DNA of 64,000 nucleotides from Candidatus Poribacteria bacterium (GTDB taxonomy: Bacteria; Poribacteria; WGA-4E; PCPOR2b). The position numbers were made by a program, and so were the translations under genes. The DNA lies in NCBI GenBank assembly GCA_965208325.1, contig OZ242326.1, positions 4,192,001-4,256,000 of the forward strand, given 5' to 3'. Position 1 is the first letter of the stretch; every line of letters starts with the position of its first letter. Below, piece after piece: positions 60,105 through 64,000 of this stretch. The notes under the pieces were generated by a model. That model had not been told where the DNA came from, ran no database searches, and worked only from the letters and a program-made list of their open reading frames with translations.

Positions 60105-60868
60105 TATCCTTGGGTTTCGGAGAAGACTGTCTGACCGGCACGTAATTTTCGCACGGTAGTTATTAGCAGTTACCCGCTTAACCCAACCTACAAGAACTGA
60201 AATCAGGAAAGGCGACGGAGCGGGTTGGGATCTGGGACCATTAAAAATTTTCAATGGTTGTTTTGAATGCGGGAGGCTTTAAAAGCGTTGGGTTTCGCTA
60301 CATGGATTTTACGAATGCAGCATGCCGGAGTTTTAACGTTTAGTGGGTGTAGTAACGGCATTAGGGTTATCCGCTCTACCCAACCTACAGAAACTGGAGA
60401 AACCTTAGGCAAGACTATCGCCTTCGCTATTCGCTCAGTTGATCGTTGGGTTTCGCTACATGGATTTTACGAATGCAGCCTGCCAGAGTTTTAACGTTTA
60501 GTGGGTGTAGTTACGGCATTAGGGTTATCCGCTCTACCCAACCTACAGAAACTGGAGAAACCTTAGGCAAGACTATCGCCTTCGCTATTCGCTCAGTTGA
60601 TCGTTGGGTTTCGCTACATGGATTTTACGAATGCAGCATGCCGGAGTTTTAACGTTTAGTGGGTGTAGTAACGGCATTAGGGTTATCCGCTCTACCCAAC
60701 CTACAGAAACTGGAGAAACCTTAGGCAAGACTATCGCCTTCGCTATTCGATCAGTTGATCGTTGGGTTTCGCTGCATGGATTTTACGAATGCAGCATGCC
60801 GGAATTTTAACGTTTAGTGGGTGTAGTAACGGCATTAGGGTTATCCGCTCTACCCAACCTACAGAAGC
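60105..60868. repeat. Tandem 158-bp units (about 3.7 copies) of fixed-core element + AAGACTATCGCC module
   Basis: TTGGGTTTCGCT at about 60288, 60446, 60604 and 60762. Confidence 0.95.
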
Positions 60869-60897
60869 TAAAAGGGCTTTTGTGATAGGGAGTAGAC

Positions 60898-61743
60898 TTG
60901 AAAAAGATAGGTGAAATTATCTTATTGTTTAACTTGATTGGGTTGGTAGTCTTGCCTGTGAATGCAAACTCGGGAGACACAACCGCTAGTGGCTCGGGAG
61001 AAAATGAAGGTGTGTCGTTTCGGCTTGTGTCGGCGTTGGGTGCAAGACACCTAGATGTTGAACAGATTGGCGGCGAAACGGGCGTTGAACGGGCGACACC
61101 ATTGAAATCGCCGAACCGGGCGTTTTTGTCGTCGCTGATAATTCCGGGCGCCGGCCAGTTGTATCTCGGCTCGAAACGGGGTTACATATACATTCTGGCA
61201 GAAGTCGGAATGCTGGCGGCGTATTTCGTCACGCGCAGCGATGCGGAGAATACACGGGAGAGCTATCGAGAACATGTAAGGGCGCACGTGGCTTTCGAAT
61301 GGCCGTACCAGGCGGCGGAGCAATTTGAAAAGTGGGATCCAATCGAAGATTATGAGCATGCCACGCTGTTCGACAATTGGCGCAACGTTTATACGGAGCG
61401 GAACGGTGAACCGCTTGAACGAGTCGGGGCGTGGTATTGGAAGGATCGGCAGGCGTTCAAAGATGAGGAGCGGGGAGAAGGCAATCATGATTCGCCGCAG
61501 CGTGAAATTGCAAAAACGTTACGGTATGAAGCCAATGACAAATTTGAACGGGCGCGCACCTTTTTGGGGATTGTCATCTTAAACCATGTGATTAGCGCAG
61601 TTGAAGCGCGAATTTCCGCAATTCGGAGCAATCGACGGTACGCATCTAACGCTACGTCGGCGCGATCCTTTGAATTCGATGTGCAAACATCAGTATCGGA
61701 CTATGCAGCGGAAACTCAGCTTGTCTTACGCAAACGGTTTTAG
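60898..61743 (+). CDS. DUF5683-like exported/membrane protein
   Basis: Signal peptide, KSPNRAFLSSLIIPGAGQLY, NHVISAVEA and terminal F. Confidence 0.6.
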   Translation: MKKIGEIILLFNLIGLVVLPVNANSGDTTASGSGENEGVSFRLVSALGARHLDVEQIGGETGVERATPLKSPNRAFLSSLIIPGAGQLYLGSKRGYIYILAEVGMLAAYFVTRSDAENTRESYREHVRAHVAFEWPYQAAEQFEKWDPIEDYEHATLFDNWRNVYTERNGEPLERVGAWYWKDRQAFKDEERGEGNHDSPQREIAKTLRYEANDKFERARTFLGIVILNHVISAVEARISAIRSNRRYASNATSARSFEFDVQTSVSDYAAETQLVLRKRF

Positions 61744-61923
61744 TTCGGGCGCAGGCGGCATTTATGCGCATTTCATATGGTAAAACCAGTATTCAGTTCA
61801 ACACGGCGGCCGGTTCGGATTCTTTGCCGAACCTGAATTTATCAGGTCTCGCAAGCGCGGTTGGAAAACGCACCTACCGAATGGAATGACGGCAGCCCCG
61901 GGCTGAAAGCATGGGGCGGGTAC

Positions 61924-61960
61924 AAAAAAAGGGGAATTGGGATATTCCCAATTCCCCTTA
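61924..61960 (-). terminator. Rho-independent terminator for the OmpA-family gene
   Basis: Perfect AAGGGGAATTGGGA / TCCCAATTCCCCTT stem with T7 on the minus strand. Confidence 0.85.
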
Positions 61961-61981
61961 AAATGTATGCGAGATGATCGG

Positions 61982-62857
61982 TTACATCATCGGACTCGGT
62001 GGTGTAATAAAGACCTCGACGCGACGGTTTTTTGCAGCCCCGGCTTTTGTTCTCACGGATGCAATCGGGTCGGTGTGTGCACGTCCAACAGATTCGATGT
62101 CGTTTTGCACGCCCTGCGTTTTGAGATACTTCACAGCGGAATCTGCGCGTGCTTGAGAAAGGTGCCAGTTACTGCGGTATTTTCCGCTCAACACCGGTTT
62201 CCCGTCGGTGTGGCCAATGACCTTGACCATGGAGTCCGGGTGTGCCTCCATGATAGCTTTAACCGCATTATTGAGGTTTTGTTTCGCTTCCTGGTTCAAA
62301 CGGGTTCCGCCGCTGGGGAAGTGCACGGTTGCAATCAAGGTCGGTTTTGCGGCAACCATGGCTTTTAGGGTTTTGGTCTCTGCTTTTACCTCGGCGATCG
62401 CCGCTTGCATCTCCATATGGTCCGCCGCTTGTTCCTTGGACTTGTTGTCTAGGCTGCCAATCATCATACGCAACTTTTCATCTTCGTCCATAGCAAATGC
62501 TTGAGCCTTTTCACGCGCCATATTAACGGCGTTCGTGAGGTCTTCATGCAATTTGGCATGCTGCTCTTTTGCGAAACTCTTGGCGGCGCTGATTGTGTCC
62601 GCATCGCCTTGTTCAGCGGCAGCAACAGCGTCATTCTTTGCCGTAGAGATTTCCGACCTTAAAGAATTCCCTTGCTCATCAACCTTGCCGCCAATCATAG
62701 CGACCTCTTCCCGCAACTTCGAATGTTCCGCTGCAGATTCCGCGTTGTATTTCTCCATCTCTGCATCAAACTCCATCTTGCTCAATTTACCGCACCCGCT
62801 GAGACCGATACCCAGAGCAAAGATGGCGACAATAGCCACTGAGGCTAAGTTTTTCAT
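61982..62857 (-). CDS. Lipoprotein with coiled coil and OmpA/MotB peptidoglycan-binding domain
   Basis: Lipobox LSGC; VIGHTD, NWHLSQARADS and NRRVEV motifs; GGGAGG RBS. Confidence 0.88.
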   Translation of the reverse strand: MKNLASVAIVAIFALGIGLSGCGKLSKMEFDAEMEKYNAESAAEHSKLREEVAMIGGKVDEQGNSLRSEISTAKNDAVAAAEQGDADTISAAKSFAKEQHAKLHEDLTNAVNMAREKAQAFAMDEDEKLRMMIGSLDNKSKEQAADHMEMQAAIAEVKAETKTLKAMVAAKPTLIATVHFPSGGTRLNQEAKQNLNNAVKAIMEAHPDSMVKVIGHTDGKPVLSGKYRSNWHLSQARADSAVKYLKTQGVQNDIESVGRAHTDPIASVRTKAGAAKNRRVEVFITPPSPMM

Positions 62858-63108
62858 TGTTTCCTCCCAAGAATTGAATGCGTTAACATTAGTAATACAG
62901 ACTTTGAGGATCTGATACGCGCATAAGTTTGTAGGGTATTTTAGCACAAGTCACGTCTGAAAACAAGAAAAATCGCTACGCATTTTTGGGTGGGTGTGCA
63001 GATTTTGGTTAATGCTAACCTATCCAGATAATACCGGTTAACGGACGGACTTGGCGGCGGAGTATTACAATTGTTCCAGATGGTTCGGAGAACAACGGTA
63101 CGGACGGG

Positions 63109-64000
63109 TTACTCCGGATGTGCCGACAGGTGGATGCTGCCATTTGAGCTGCGCAGTTTGACGGTTGCGTCGCCGCCTTCGCCAATTTGGCCTTCGAGCC
63201 GATTATATTGTTTCTCGGTGTGCGAGGTGAGCATTTCGGATTTTACATTGCCATTACTAGTTTTGGCGTTCAATTGTCCGGAGAAATCTGCGGGAAGTGT
63301 CACATGAATTGAACCGTTTGTCGTCTGTGCGTCAATTGGGGCGGCGCCGTCGGCAATCGTTACGCCAATAGACCCGTTGGTCGTCGAGAACTCCGCGGCG
63401 TCGGCGAGTTGCCCAATGGACGCCTCGATATTGCCGTTGGTGGTGTCGATGTCAATGGGACCTCTATCGCCATTTACATTTATTGTGCCGTTGACGGTTT
63501 TTGCGGCGATGGCGCCCTCGATTCCGTTGACTCGGATGGCACTGTTTACGGTGGCGAGATTCGCGCCCATTCGGTGAGGGGTTTGAATTTCATAACTGAC
63601 CGTCACATTGACGCCCTTGGGTGGATTGGGGTAGTCTCTGTAAACGCGAATTTCGCCATCGTGCAGTTCGGCGTGGACTTCGACGTTTTGGGCAAACTCC
63701 TCAGCTTCTTCCGCGCTGGGCGCACGTACTTCTTTTAGTGCGGTGACAGCGACGTGATTGACGTCGGCGCCGTCAAATGAAATTGAACCATTTACGGTTT
63801 GCGCGTCGACGGTTGCAACATCGGCGCTATCAAACTGCCACTGAGTTCTTTCTTCAAACTTTCGTTTGCCGCTAGTTTTCTCAATGGCATTGATTGCGTC
63901 TGAGACCGACGTTTTCACCTGATCCACAACATCGCCGACAGCGCCGCCTACGACCTTCCCGACGTCAGCCGTTCGATGCACGGATTCAACGGCTTTATTG
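63109..64000 (-). CDS. DUF4097 family beta-strand repeat protein (5' end probably outside the window)
   Basis: Repeated TVNGSI/TTNGSI/TSNG motifs; frame stays open to the window edge. Confidence 0.82.
   Translation of the reverse strand, partial: NKAVESVHRTADVGKVVGGAVGDVVDQVKTSVSDAINAIEKTSGKRKFEERTQWQFDSADVATVDAQTVNGSISFDGADVNHVAVTALKEVRAPSAEEAEEFAQNVEVHAELHDGEIRVYRDYPNPPKGVNVTVSYEIQTPHRMGANLATVNSAIRVNGIEGAIAAKTVNGTINVNGDRGPIDIDTTNGNIEASIGQLADAAEFSTTNGSIGVTIADGAAPIDAQTTNGSIHVTLPADFSGQLNAKTSNGNVKSEMLTSHTEKQYNRLEGQIGEGGDATVKLRSSNGSIHLSAHPE

Noticed and set aside
1..64000. Autonomous IS/RAYT transposase, DGR/retron reverse transcriptase, integron integrase
   Set aside because: No ORF with recognisable HUH/Y1, DDE, RT or tyrosine-recombinase motifs was seen in the track or in manual reading.

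Overview
Bacterial chromosomal window, probably Candidatus Poribacteria or a relative. This is inferred from the NYPNPFNPETWIPY-type C-terminal domain, the DUF6785-like membrane protein and the sugar/aldolase gene content. Housekeeping and catabolic genes include cspA, dusB, smpB-ssrA, korAB, GH32, two HpcH aldolases, a CoA-transferase, ABC permeases and two Gfo/Idh/MocA oxidoreductases. They are separated by about 16 intergenic repeat clusters totalling roughly 10 kb. The clusters are built from about 10 short modules, most of them GTAG/GTGG-footed hairpins (REP-like). One module keeps conserved arms around a sequence-variable core of fixed length (71-72 nt). The second half holds two giant secreted Ig-repeat proteins (about 1760 and 3126 aa) with T9SS/FlgD-type C-terminal sorting domains and two PorV/PorQ-like barrel genes, suggesting a T9SS-like cargo/shuttle locus outside Bacteroidota. 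Other notable signals are two inverted pairs of perfect DnaA boxes, a tandem pair of small basic paralogs (one missed by the ORF track), an AccA-like pseudoenzyme and Bdr-like coiled-coil proteins. I saw no transposase, integrase, cas, rRNA or tRNA gene. All family assignments come from motif recognition by eye, not database searches.
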